Shown one piece after another: positions 17,822 through 26,151 of a DNA stretch of 64,000 nucleotides. Source of the stretch: Chthoniobacterales bacterium (GTDB lineage: Bacteria; Verrucomicrobiota; Verrucomicrobiia; Chthoniobacterales; UBA10450). Each line of letters begins with the position of its first letter. Within the stretch, counting starts at the first letter, position 1. A program made the position numbers and the translations under genes. The notes under the pieces were generated by a model. The model saw only the letters and a list, made by a program, of their open reading frames with translations. It did no database searches and was not told the origin of the DNA. The stretch is from contig JBOHXL010000016.1 of NCBI GenBank assembly GCA_050736975.1, positions 2,208-66,207 of the forward strand, given 5' to 3'.

Positions 17822-18933
17822 GGCAGGGTCTGCGCCTCAACGGAAAGAACCGCCGGCAGGTCGCGCGCGACCGCCTTCCAGTTATCGCCAGCGTCGGCCG
17901 AGGCATAGACCTGGCCGCCGGTCGTGCCGAAGTAAACGCCGCATTGGTCGAGAGAATCGACCGCCATCGCGTCGCGCAGGACATTGACATAGCAATCGCT
18001 TTGCGGAAGTCCTTTTGTCAGCGCTTCCCATTGGTTGCCGCCCGTCCGGCTGCGATAGACGCGCAACTTCCCATCCGGCGGGAAATGTTCCGAGTCGCTT
18101 TTGATCGGGACGACATAGATGGTCTCCGGCTCATGTGCATGAACGTCAATCGGGAATCCGAAGTCCGATGGCAGGTTATCACTCACTTCGTTCCATAGGT
18201 CACCAGCATTGTCGCTCCGCATCACGTCCCAATGTTTTTGCATGAAAAGAACGCCTGGCTGTGAGGGGTGCATCGCAATCCGATGCACGCAGTGGCCAAC
18301 TTCGGCGGTCGAATCGGGTAACTCGAACTGTGACTTGAGACCTTTGTTAATGGGAGTCCAACTCTTACCGCCGTCGTCGGTCCGAAAGGCGCCCGCGGCG
18401 GAGATGGCGACAAAGATGCGATCGGGGTTGCTCGGGTCGAGCAGAATGGTGTGCAGACACATCCCGCCCGCACCCGGCTGCCAAAGATTTCCTTTCGCGC
18501 TCCGCAGCCCGGGCAATTCCTGCCAGGTGGCGGCGCCGTCGCTGGTGCGGAAAAGCGCGGCGTCCTCCACGCCTGCATAAACCGTATCGGGGTCAGTCAG
18601 CGACGGTTCGAGATGCCAGACCCGTTTGAACTCCCAGGGATGCTGGGTGCCGTCATACCATTGGTGGGTGCCGGGCTGGCCATCGTAGGTAAATTCTTTC
18701 CCGACTGCCTCCCAGTTTTCGCCGCCGTCGTTCGAGCGCTGGATCAGTTGGCCAAACCAGCCCGAGGTTTGCGAGGCGTAGATCCGATTCGGATCCACCG
18801 GCGAACCTTTGAGATGATAAATTTCCCAGCCGGCAAAATGCGGTCCGCTGATTTTCCAATCTTCGCGCTTGCCGTCGGAGGTGAGGACAAAGGCGCCTTT
18901 GCGTGTGCCAACGAGTAGTCGAATTGCGCTCAT
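17818..18933 (-). CDS. BNR/Asp-box (sialidase-like or Ycf48-like) beta-propeller protein
   Basis: 371 aa with repeated SxDxGxTW-type boxes ([32 protein letters not shown]). Confidence 0.7.
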   Translation of the reverse strand: MSAIRLLVGTRKGAFVLTSDGKREDWKISGPHFAGWEIYHLKGSPVDPNRIYASQTSGWFGQLIQRSNDGGENWEAVGKEFTYDGQPGTHQWYDGTQHPWEFKRVWHLEPSLTDPDTVYAGVEDAALFRTSDGAATWQELPGLRSAKGNLWQPGAGGMCLHTILLDPSNPDRIFVAISAAGAFRTDDGGKSWTPINKGLKSQFELPDSTAEVGHCVHRIAMHPSQPGVLFMQKHWDVMRSDNAGDLWNEVSDNLPSDFGFPIDVHAHEPETIYVVPIKSDSEHFPPDGKLRVYRSRTGGNQWEALTKGLPQSDCYVNVLRDAMAVDSLDQCGVYFGTTGGQVYASADAGDNWKAVARDLPAVLSVEAQTLP

Positions 18934-19126
18934 GCCCTAGTCCTATAAGTGAGGGGCGGGCATCGTCAACCGGCCAGAATTGCCAGCGGTGGCGCGAGGC
19001 GGAATATAACCGGGAAAGGGGTTCTTTTTCGCGGCCAGGTCGGGCGCGGGCTGCAGCTTGACCATCTTGTGGTCGAATGAGCGCGCGGATCATGCGCCCG
19101 TGCAGTCACGCGTCTTCCATCGGATT

Positions 19127-19810
19127 TTATTGAGGGGCGGAAGGCTGGTGCCGGATGTCCTCCGCCGCGGCCGCATAAACGGCGTCCTCCCCGATGTTGG
19201 TGGCATGGTCGCCAACGCGCTCGAGGTGTTTGGCGACGAACATCAAATTGAGGTAACCGCGCAGTTGCTCGGGATCCTGCGGCACGCGAGCAATCAATTG
19301 CCGCTCCGCGTCGGAGTTCATTGCGTTGAGCGATTTGTCGCGCTCCTTCAGGGCGCGGCCCTGCTCCGCATCTTCGCGGGCATAAGCGTCGACCGCGTCC
19401 TTAAACATTTGCATGGCGTAAGCACCCATCGGGGCGATGAGCTCGACTTCCGCCAGTTCGCGATGCTGATTTAGCTTGCGCGCCTTGCGCGCGATGCTGA
19501 CCGATTCGTCTGCGATCCGCTCGAGATTGGGTGAAAGCCTCATCGCCGCGACGACCCGCCGCAGATCCGAGGCGACGGGCTGGAACCGCAGCAATAATTC
19601 GATTCCATCCTTGTCGATCTGCATCTCCATTTGATCGATCTCTTCGTCATCCGCGATCGCTCGCCGGCAAAGGTCGTCGTTTCGTTGCCGCAGACCGTTG
19701 AGCGCATTCTCAAGGCTGCGCGCAGTTAAATTCGACATGGTTAGGACGCTGTTGCGGAGGGCGGCGAGCGCTTCGTCAAACGTCGTCAGGATGTGTTTCG
19801 GCGGAGTCAT
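19127..19810 (-). CDS. phoU: phosphate signalling complex protein PhoU
   Basis: 227 aa with two PhoU repeats carrying E(R)xGDxxxNI motifs (LERIADESVSIA, LERVGDHATNIGE). Confidence 0.85.
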   Translation of the reverse strand: MTPPKHILTTFDEALAALRNSVLTMSNLTARSLENALNGLRQRNDDLCRRAIADDEEIDQMEMQIDKDGIELLLRFQPVASDLRRVVAAMRLSPNLERIADESVSIARKARKLNQHRELAEVELIAPMGAYAMQMFKDAVDAYAREDAEQGRALKERDKSLNAMNSDAERQLIARVPQDPEQLRGYLNLMFVAKHLERVGDHATNIGEDAVYAAAAEDIRHQPSAPQ

Positions 19811-19822
19811 GAAGATCGTGTT

Positions 19823-20863
19823 TCAGTCCAGACCCAGAAAATTCCGTGCCGTCCCGGACAAGAGCTGGAGTTTATCTTCGGCAGAGAGATCGGCCATCGA
19901 TTCGATGAGTTCGCCGGGATGTGCTTCGCCTAACGGGAAGGGATAATCGGACCCGAGCGCGACGCGTGGCGCGCCAAAGAGCTTGAGGAGCAGGCGGAGC
20001 GCATCCGGATCGTGGACGAGAGAATCGACATAAAAGCGAGCCGGCCGTTTCTCTTGGGCGAGGTAATGGCGCGGGTTGATGTTGGTCTCGGTGGCGCAGA
20101 GATCGGGCCGGACGAGAAAGCCGTGCGCAACGCGACCGATGGTGAAAGGAAACGCGCCTCCCCCGTGCGCGAAACCAACCCGCAGTTTCGGGAAACGCTC
20201 GAAGACACCGCCGAAGATCATCGAGCAAATGGCAAGCGACGATTCCGTCGGCATGCCGACGAGCCATGGCAGCCAGTAGTTCGGCATGCGCTCTTTCCCC
20301 ACCATGTCCCAGGGATGCACGAAGATCGCGGCGCCCAGTTGTTCCGCCGCGCTCCAAACCGGCTGGAGCGAGGCATTGTCGAGGTTCAACGGATCGAGCC
20401 GTCCGAAATGTTCGTTCGCGTCCACATGCGTGCCGATCTGTACCCCGCGCAAACCGAGTTCACTCACGCAGCGTTCCAATTCCTGCGCGGCGAGGTCGGC
20501 ATCCTGCAACGGAATCGTCCCCAGACCCGCGAAACGCGTCGGATGCGCACGCGCCACCTCGGCGATGTGATCATTCAACCGGCGGGAAAGATCCAACGCA
20601 TCGGCCGGTTTTGCCCAATAGCTGAACATGACCGGCACAGTCGAAAGCACCTGCATGGAGATGCCCATCCGATCGCAGTCTTCGATCCGCCGCTCCGGAT
20701 CCCAGACGTTGTCGGTGATTTCGCGAAAGACGCGGTCGCCGATCATCATGCGCGCGCAACACGGCTGGTAATGATCCAGCCTAACGAATCCGCGATAGCC
20801 GTATTTCGCATCCAGATCGGGCCACTCGCGGGGAAGGATGTGGGTATGCAGGTCGATTTTCAT
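19823..20863 (-). CDS. amidohydrolase-2 family decarboxylase (2-amino-3-carboxymuconate-6-semialdehyde decarboxylase-like)
   Basis: Start MKIDLHTHILPREWPDL, a HxH metal motif, FAHGGGAFPF and LGSDYPFPLGE, as in the ACMSD family. Adjacent to 3-hydroxyanthranilate dioxygenase. Confidence 0.8.
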   Translation of the reverse strand: MKIDLHTHILPREWPDLDAKYGYRGFVRLDHYQPCCARMMIGDRVFREITDNVWDPERRIEDCDRMGISMQVLSTVPVMFSYWAKPADALDLSRRLNDHIAEVARAHPTRFAGLGTIPLQDADLAAQELERCVSELGLRGVQIGTHVDANEHFGRLDPLNLDNASLQPVWSAAEQLGAAIFVHPWDMVGKERMPNYWLPWLVGMPTESSLAICSMIFGGVFERFPKLRVGFAHGGGAFPFTIGRVAHGFLVRPDLCATETNINPRHYLAQEKRPARFYVDSLVHDPDALRLLLKLFGAPRVALGSDYPFPLGEAHPGELIESMADLSAEDKLQLLSGTARNFLGLD

Positions 20864-20945
20864 CGATCGGGTGGCGGGTGCGTCGCATGCCGCCAAAGGA
20901 ATGCGGCTGAGATCGCCGCCTCCACACCGGATGGCCGATTATCCA

Positions 20946-21482
20946 TCAAAACGGTTTTGTCGGCCCCGGTTGTTCGACCTTCGTGCCGCACTTTTTGCAG
21001 GTGCGCCGCGCATCGTCGTTCCAGAAATCGAGCATCGCCTGGCTGAAATGCTGCACGATGTCGCCGCAATCGAAATCGATATCCTCGACCAGCGCCCCGC
21101 AATTCGCGCAGTAGAAGATGACGTGCTCATGCTCGCCCGCTGGACGGCGTCGCTCGACCACTACGCCCAGCGTGTCGGGCGGGCGGACCGGAGCGTGCGG
21201 CACGTTCGGCGGGATGAAGAACGTCTCTCCTTCGCGCACCGGGTAATCGACAATCTTGTCGCCTTCCCGGATCCGCACTTTGATGTCGCCCTTGAGCTGA
21301 TAAAAATATTCTTCCGAATCGACCTGGTGAAAATCGTTCCGCGCGTTTGGGCCCTTGATCACCATCACGAAAAAATCTCGCCCATCGTAAAGGTATTGGT
21401 TGCTCACGGGCGGCTTAAACTTGTCGCGATGCGCTTCGATCCACTGATTCAGGTCGGTTGCCGGCTGCACTTTCGTTTCCAT
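20946..21482 (-). CDS. nbaC: 3-hydroxyanthranilate 3,4-dioxygenase
   Basis: 178-aa cupin (NDFHQVDSEEYFYQLKGDI...ETFFIPPNVPHAPVRP) with a C-terminal rubredoxin-like CxxC...CxxC site (YCANCG...CKKCG). Confidence 0.85.
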   Translation of the reverse strand: METKVQPATDLNQWIEAHRDKFKPPVSNQYLYDGRDFFVMVIKGPNARNDFHQVDSEEYFYQLKGDIKVRIREGDKIVDYPVREGETFFIPPNVPHAPVRPPDTLGVVVERRRPAGEHEHVIFYCANCGALVEDIDFDCGDIVQHFSQAMLDFWNDDARRTCKKCGTKVEQPGPTKPF

Positions 21483-21538
21483 AGGATTGGATATCTGCTT
21501 TCCTCTAATCCGCTACCCGGGCGCGCTCAACCTTTTCA

Positions 21539-22732
21539 TCAAATGGCGCGCCGCTCGCGTTTGCCGTCGTACCAAAGCGCGAGTCGTTTCCGATTTCGTA
21601 ATGAGCGTTTTCCGCCCAAAACGATGAAGAAGCTCTTGGTGAGAACGGAACACGCTGAGTGCATCCGTAGTTTGCGCGCGGAAGTCACGATCGGTTCGCG
21701 CAGGATTTTGAACGGCCCAAGCTTTTTGAGCGCGAGGGTGAGATAGACTTCTTCGCCGGCAAAGTATTGCTCATCGAACCCGCCGGCCGCTTCGAACGAA
21801 CTGCGTCGCGTAAAAATAAACGCGCCGGCCCCGAGGCCGACGAGCCCAAAGTAGACAATGCAGAAGCCACGAAAAAAAGTGCGGGCCCAGAATGGCAGGT
21901 GGCCGTCCATCGTCAGACGGGCGCTTCCTCCGGAATAACCTTCGGCGAGCGCCTCCAGCGCCCCGGTCACATGGCCCGGCCTGATGTGGGTATCGGCATC
22001 GACAAAAAAGAGGACATCGCCCCGCGCCACCCGCGCTCCGGCGTTTCGCACCGCCGCGATCTGCCGGCGATTTACTGGCACGACCCGGGCGCCGAGCTGT
22101 CGCGCGATGTCGGCGGTAGCATCGGTCGAGGCATCGTCCACCACGATGATTTCGTAGGTCTCCTTCGAGGCCTCGGCCGCCGCGCCGGCCGCGCGCAGGG
22201 TTTCCCGGAGTTCGTGCTCTTCGTTATGGGCTGGAACAATAAACGACAGCTTCGGCGGTGGCCTGGGGTTCGCGCCGGGACGGAGAAATTTCGTCAGCGC
22301 TTCGGCGGCGAAATCATAGCCTTGCGGCCATTCGCTGGCCCGTGGGCCGGCGACGTTTAACCGTTCGATCTGATTTGCCCTAACGAACTCGGCGGTCTGC
22401 CCGGCTCCTTCGGCGCTCGAGCTATGACTGGCGTTGACCAGCAAAAGCGGCCGCTTCATCTCGGCGCAACCATCAGCCGTGGCTTTTGTCCCGCCTTGCA
22501 ACGGAACGCCGGGATGCATCACGACGGTGCCGTCAGCCTCGCGCACATTGCGCCTCGTTCGTTCGAGGGAATCGCCCCCCGGCAATTCCGTCACCGGATA
22601 TCGAGCCGGAATGATTCCCTCTTCGTCTCGCCGATCGGCCGGGCACCAGCCGCCGCAGATCACGCCTAACGAGAGCGCAACGTCGAGCGCGGCGCGATCC
22701 ACCCCGGTTTGGCCGCCGCAAATGATTTTCAT
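21539..22732 (-). CDS. fusion of an N-terminal circularly permuted YpsA / 'putative molybdenum carrier' SLOG domain with a C-terminal family-2 glycosyltransferase
   Basis: N-terminus MKIICGGQTGVDRAALDVALSLGVICGGWCPADRRDEEGIIPARYP..ERTRRNVREADGTVVM. C-terminus LSFIVPAHNEE...IIVVDDASTDAT...FFVDADT (GT2 DxD region), plus hydrophobic segments. Confidence 0.75.
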   Translation of the reverse strand: MKIICGGQTGVDRAALDVALSLGVICGGWCPADRRDEEGIIPARYPVTELPGGDSLERTRRNVREADGTVVMHPGVPLQGGTKATADGCAEMKRPLLLVNASHSSSAEGAGQTAEFVRANQIERLNVAGPRASEWPQGYDFAAEALTKFLRPGANPRPPPKLSFIVPAHNEEHELRETLRAAGAAAEASKETYEIIVVDDASTDATADIARQLGARVVPVNRRQIAAVRNAGARVARGDVLFFVDADTHIRPGHVTGALEALAEGYSGGSARLTMDGHLPFWARTFFRGFCIVYFGLVGLGAGAFIFTRRSSFEAAGGFDEQYFAGEEVYLTLALKKLGPFKILREPIVTSARKLRMHSACSVLTKSFFIVLGGKRSLRNRKRLALWYDGKRERRAI

Positions 22733-23113
22733 TCAACCAGCGCGCCGCGCTTTTTCATCGAGCGCGAGATAATCGTCCCGCGGCGGGCTAAAAGTATCGA
22801 TGACAACGGTGTCTTCGATCGTCTCGCCGCGATGCGGGACGTTGCTCGCGATGTAAAGGGCGTCGCCGGCCGTCAGCTCATGAGGGACGCCGGCGAGGAT
22901 AAGCTTCAGCCGGCCCTTGATGACATGCGCGATTTGTTCCTGCGGATGGGCGTGCTCCGGCAGGCGGCTGCCGGCCTCCAACTCCGCCCGCATCTGATAC
23001 ATCGACGCGCCGGCCGTGATGGTGCGCCGCCTGATGCCCGGCGCAATCTCGACCCAGGGATTCTCTTGTTCGCTCACGGAAAACACGATGGCGCAGAATT
23101 TCCCGGTTTCCAC
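22733..23113 (-). CDS. cupin domain protein
   Basis: 126 aa with cupin metal motifs (LPEHAHPQEQIAHVIKG...ALYIASNVPH). Confidence 0.75.
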   Translation of the reverse strand: METGKFCAIVFSVSEQENPWVEIAPGIRRRTITAGASMYQMRAELEAGSRLPEHAHPQEQIAHVIKGRLKLILAGVPHELTAGDALYIASNVPHRGETIEDTVVIDTFSPPRDDYLALDEKARRAG

Positions 23114-23155
23114 TGCGATAGCGCTGATGACACCGGTCTGTCGCTTGCGGTCGTA

Positions 23156-23256
23156 CTGTAGCCGCTGCGCTGTGCGAAGCGTGAGCGAGAGAGAGGCCGG
23201 AACGATAGCTTGCCATCACGCCCATACCCGCGCCGCCCACAGGGCGGCGGCTACAA
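23156..23256 (+). repeat. repeat family copy D (variant interior)
   Basis: Head CTGTAGCCGCTGCGCTGTGCGAAGCG, tail CGCCGCCC-ACA-GGGCGGCG (23231-23249) followed by GCTACAA. Intergenic. Confidence 0.75.
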
Positions 23257-23517
23257 TACGTCTCAAGCGCGGCGGGCTTAAATCTGCTCGGAATGAACAA
23301 GTCCGCCGAAGAATCTCGCGAGACCGAAGAATTTCGGTGACCAGGAGATTCAAACTCCACGACAAAAATATTAGAAAAACAAGATTGACTGCTGCCCGTC
23401 GCTTCTGTTCTCCTCGGGTTCGTCACCCGACAGAGCCCATGAAAAAGCACTGCTCTCCGCCCAGGCGCCGAGCGCGCAGTTCCCTGTGGCCCCGTCGCCA
23501 CCTGAAGGGAAAATCGT

Positions 23518-25176
23518 ATGAGACCCGGCCGCAGCCCTAACGACTCCCAGCCTCCAACCTCCCGACCTGCCGACCTAATCACTAAGAAACTTCGAATTAC
23601 GACCGGCTTTTACCGGCGCCTTGGCCTCGCTTTTATCACGATTCTCCTTTTTTCCGCGTACCCCGCGTGGGCGAACGAGACTTGGAATGCGGCTCCGGTG
23701 AATGGCGATTGGGACACCGCTGCGAACTGGACGCCAGCGGTCGTGCCGGGCGAGACGGATGATGTGACCTTTAACGCCTCGAGCATCACCGCGATCACGT
23801 TTTCAGCCGACTCCGGGGTAAGGGATGCTATCTTCAACCCCGGCGCCAGCGCCTACACCTATACAGCGAGCCACCTAAGTAACATGACGTTCGCGGTGGT
23901 AGGAATTACAAATAACTCTGGCTCAACTCAGCAATTTGTGAGTCAACCAGACGAAGAGGGCAATTCTGGAGCGTTCATTTTTACAAACTCCGCTGCCGCA
24001 GGGAGGCAGACCGCCTTCTTTTCAAAAGCTCCGACGGCGCTTTCTGGCAGCGGCGGAGTGGTGGAGTTTCTTGATACTGCGGCAGCTGGCTACGGTACCT
24101 ATACAAATGAAGGGAGCGCACTAAGCGGAGCGATCCCCGGCGCAACCGTGTTTTTCTTCAACCCTACGGCAGACCACGGGGCATTTCTTAACCTTGCGGC
24201 GACAGCAGGCGGCGCAAGCGGCGGGATGACGATTTTTTACAGCAGCTCGAAAGGTGCGAATGCGACGGTCACCAACCAAGGGGCGACCGTCAGCGGCGCG
24301 GCGGGTGGAATGACGCTTTTTACGGACAGCTCCTCGGCTGGTGCAGCCACCTTGATCGCGAACGGCGGGTCCAACGGAGGTGGCGGTGGCCTGATTGAGT
24401 TTCTTGTCCACTCCACAGGAGATACGTCTCGGGTAGAGGTCTTCGGCAATGGCACTCTTGATGTCAGCGCGCACAAGTCGATGGGCGTTGGCTCGATCGA
24501 GGGGGATGGTTTGGTTCTTCTTGGCACCAACACACTGACTACCGGGAGTAACGGATTGAGTACAATTTTTTCCGGGGTGATCGAACAACAAAACGGAACG
24601 ACGGGCTCGTTAGCTAAGACAGGCGTCGGGACGCTCACGCTCGGCACCCCGAGTACTTATACGGGCGGTACGACCGTTAGCGCGGGCACGTTGGTCGTGA
24701 GCAACAAGAGCGGCTCGGCAACGGGAACCGGTGCGGTAAATGTCAGCGGGGGAACCCTGGGCGGCAAAGGTATCATCTCCGGTGCGGTGACCGTAAACAG
24801 CGGAGCTTTCCTCGCCCCGGCCCACGGAACGAAACAGCAATCCACTCTCACGGTCCAAAGCGCGTTCACCTTCAATGCCGGCTCGACCTATACCTATAGT
24901 TTCAAGGCCAAGGGGAAACAGGCAAAGACCGACAAGGTGATCGCCAACGGAGTCACGGTCAACAGCGGAGCGAGCTTCAACCTGAGCGGGACGACCAAGG
25001 GAACGTTGACGAGCGGCCTGGTCCTGACCGTGATCAGCAACACGAGCGCGACACCGATCAGCGGCACCTTCAGCAACCTGGCCGACGGTGCGATCGTGAC
25101 TGTGAACGGGAACAATCTGCAAGCCAGCTACGAAGGCGGCGATGGGAACGATCTTACGCTCACGGTCGTGCCTTAA
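23518..25176 (+). CDS. secreted autotransporter-associated beta-strand repeat (PATR) protein without a barrel domain
   Basis: Signal-like LGLAFITILLFSAYPAWA, repeated G(T/S)L.L...NTYTGGTTVSAGTLVV-type units, and a C-terminus ...GNNLQASYEGGDGNDLTLTVVP. Confidence 0.75.
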   Translation: MRPGRSPNDSQPPTSRPADLITKKLRITTGFYRRLGLAFITILLFSAYPAWANETWNAAPVNGDWDTAANWTPAVVPGETDDVTFNASSITAITFSADSGVRDAIFNPGASAYTYTASHLSNMTFAVVGITNNSGSTQQFVSQPDEEGNSGAFIFTNSAAAGRQTAFFSKAPTALSGSGGVVEFLDTAAAGYGTYTNEGSALSGAIPGATVFFFNPTADHGAFLNLAATAGGASGGMTIFYSSSKGANATVTNQGATVSGAAGGMTLFTDSSSAGAATLIANGGSNGGGGGLIEFLVHSTGDTSRVEVFGNGTLDVSAHKSMGVGSIEGDGLVLLGTNTLTTGSNGLSTIFSGVIEQQNGTTGSLAKTGVGTLTLGTPSTYTGGTTVSAGTLVVSNKSGSATGTGAVNVSGGTLGGKGIISGAVTVNSGAFLAPAHGTKQQSTLTVQSAFTFNAGSTYTYSFKAKGKQAKTDKVIANGVTVNSGASFNLSGTTKGTLTSGLVLTVISNTSATPISGTFSNLADGAIVTVNGNNLQASYEGGDGNDLTLTVVP

Positions 25177-25200
25177 CCACCACGAAGGACGCGAAGAGCA

Positions 25201-25277
25201 CGAAGCGAGGGAGAGAGGCTGGCCGCTAGCTTGTCGCAGCGCACATGCCCGCGCCGCCCACAGGGCGGCGGCTACAA
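25201..25277 (+). repeat. repeat family copy E (partial, D-type interior and tail)
   Basis: GAGAGAGGCTGGCCGCTAGCTTGTCGCAGCGCACATGCCCGCGCCGCCCACAGGGCGGCGGCTACAA aligns with the interior and tail of copy D. It lies in a convergent gap. Confidence 0.7.
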
Positions 25278-25293
25278 GGGCGGCGACAACGCC

Positions 25294-25626
25294 TTACTCG
25301 TGGCGCTGTTTCTCGACGAGTGTCTTGAGCTGACGTTCCATCGTTTTGAAAGCGTCGTTGATGACCTTGCTCAACGGCTCGTGCATTTCGTGCACAGCTT
25401 GTTTCTCATCCGCGACCAGCTCGTGGCCGGGCGGGACGGTGACATCGATCCGCACCCGGAACGGATTGCCGGAATGCTGGGCGTGGTTGGGCTGCTCGAC
25501 GACGACGTCGCAACGGCTGATGTGATCGCAGAAGCGATCGAGTCGGACAGCTTTGTCGCGGATGAGTTCGTCGAGCTGGTCCGATTTCTCGACCCCACGA
25601 TACGAGATTCCTACGGGTAATTTCAT
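25294..25626 (-). CDS. HPF/RaiA-family ribosome-associated (hibernation) protein
   Basis: 110 aa. MKLPVGISYRGVEKSDQLDELIRDKAVRLDRF....VRIDVTVPPGHELVA fits the short-HPF beta-alpha-beta pattern. Confidence 0.7.
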   Translation of the reverse strand: MKLPVGISYRGVEKSDQLDELIRDKAVRLDRFCDHISRCDVVVEQPNHAQHSGNPFRVRIDVTVPPGHELVADEKQAVHEMHEPLSKVINDAFKTMERQLKTLVEKQRHE

Positions 25627-25647
25627 GCCGGATTATACTTCAAAAAA

Positions 25648-26109
25648 TCAGAGCGGGTGAAGCGACCGAAAATGGGTCGGCAACTTCGACGGCTCGGTTT
25701 TTACGAGATCGGACTTCACGTGCTCGACGACGCGGTTGCGAATCGAACTGGGTAGCAGCTCGGTAATGCTGGCGTGGATTGAGGCCGGCGCGGCGAAGGA
25801 CCAACCCTCGGCGGATTCGCGTTTCACGATGTCGGCAATGTGTTCGGCGAGCTGCCTGCAGATGCGACGCTCGTTTTCGGTTTCAAGCGCGGTGCGCTCG
25901 GCGATGGCGTTGGCGTGGCGACCGTTGCCGTCGCTGACCGGAAAGCGACCTGCCTGGTCCGTCAGCTTGTCGTCGTAACGCCCATGGGCGTCGGTGATGT
26001 CGAAGGCCTGCACCAGTTGCAAACTGGCGCCGCGGTTCGGCGTGTCATTGACCCGGTATGCTTTTACCCCGCCGCGATCGGCGACAATGATGAGTGAGGT
26101 CGGTGTCAT
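25648..26109 (-). CDS. host-attachment-protein family (Pfam Host_attach-like) protein
   Basis: 153 aa. The N-terminus SLIIVADRGGVKAYRV and overall size and pattern resemble that family. The assignment is from memory of the family and is not searched. Confidence 0.55.
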   Translation of the reverse strand: MTPTSLIIVADRGGVKAYRVNDTPNRGASLQLVQAFDITDAHGRYDDKLTDQAGRFPVSDGNGRHANAIAERTALETENERRICRQLAEHIADIVKRESAEGWSFAAPASIHASITELLPSSIRNRVVEHVKSDLVKTEPSKLPTHFRSLHPL

Positions 26110-26151
26110 GAATTCAACATAACAGGACTTTGCATCCGGCGCACTCCGCGT

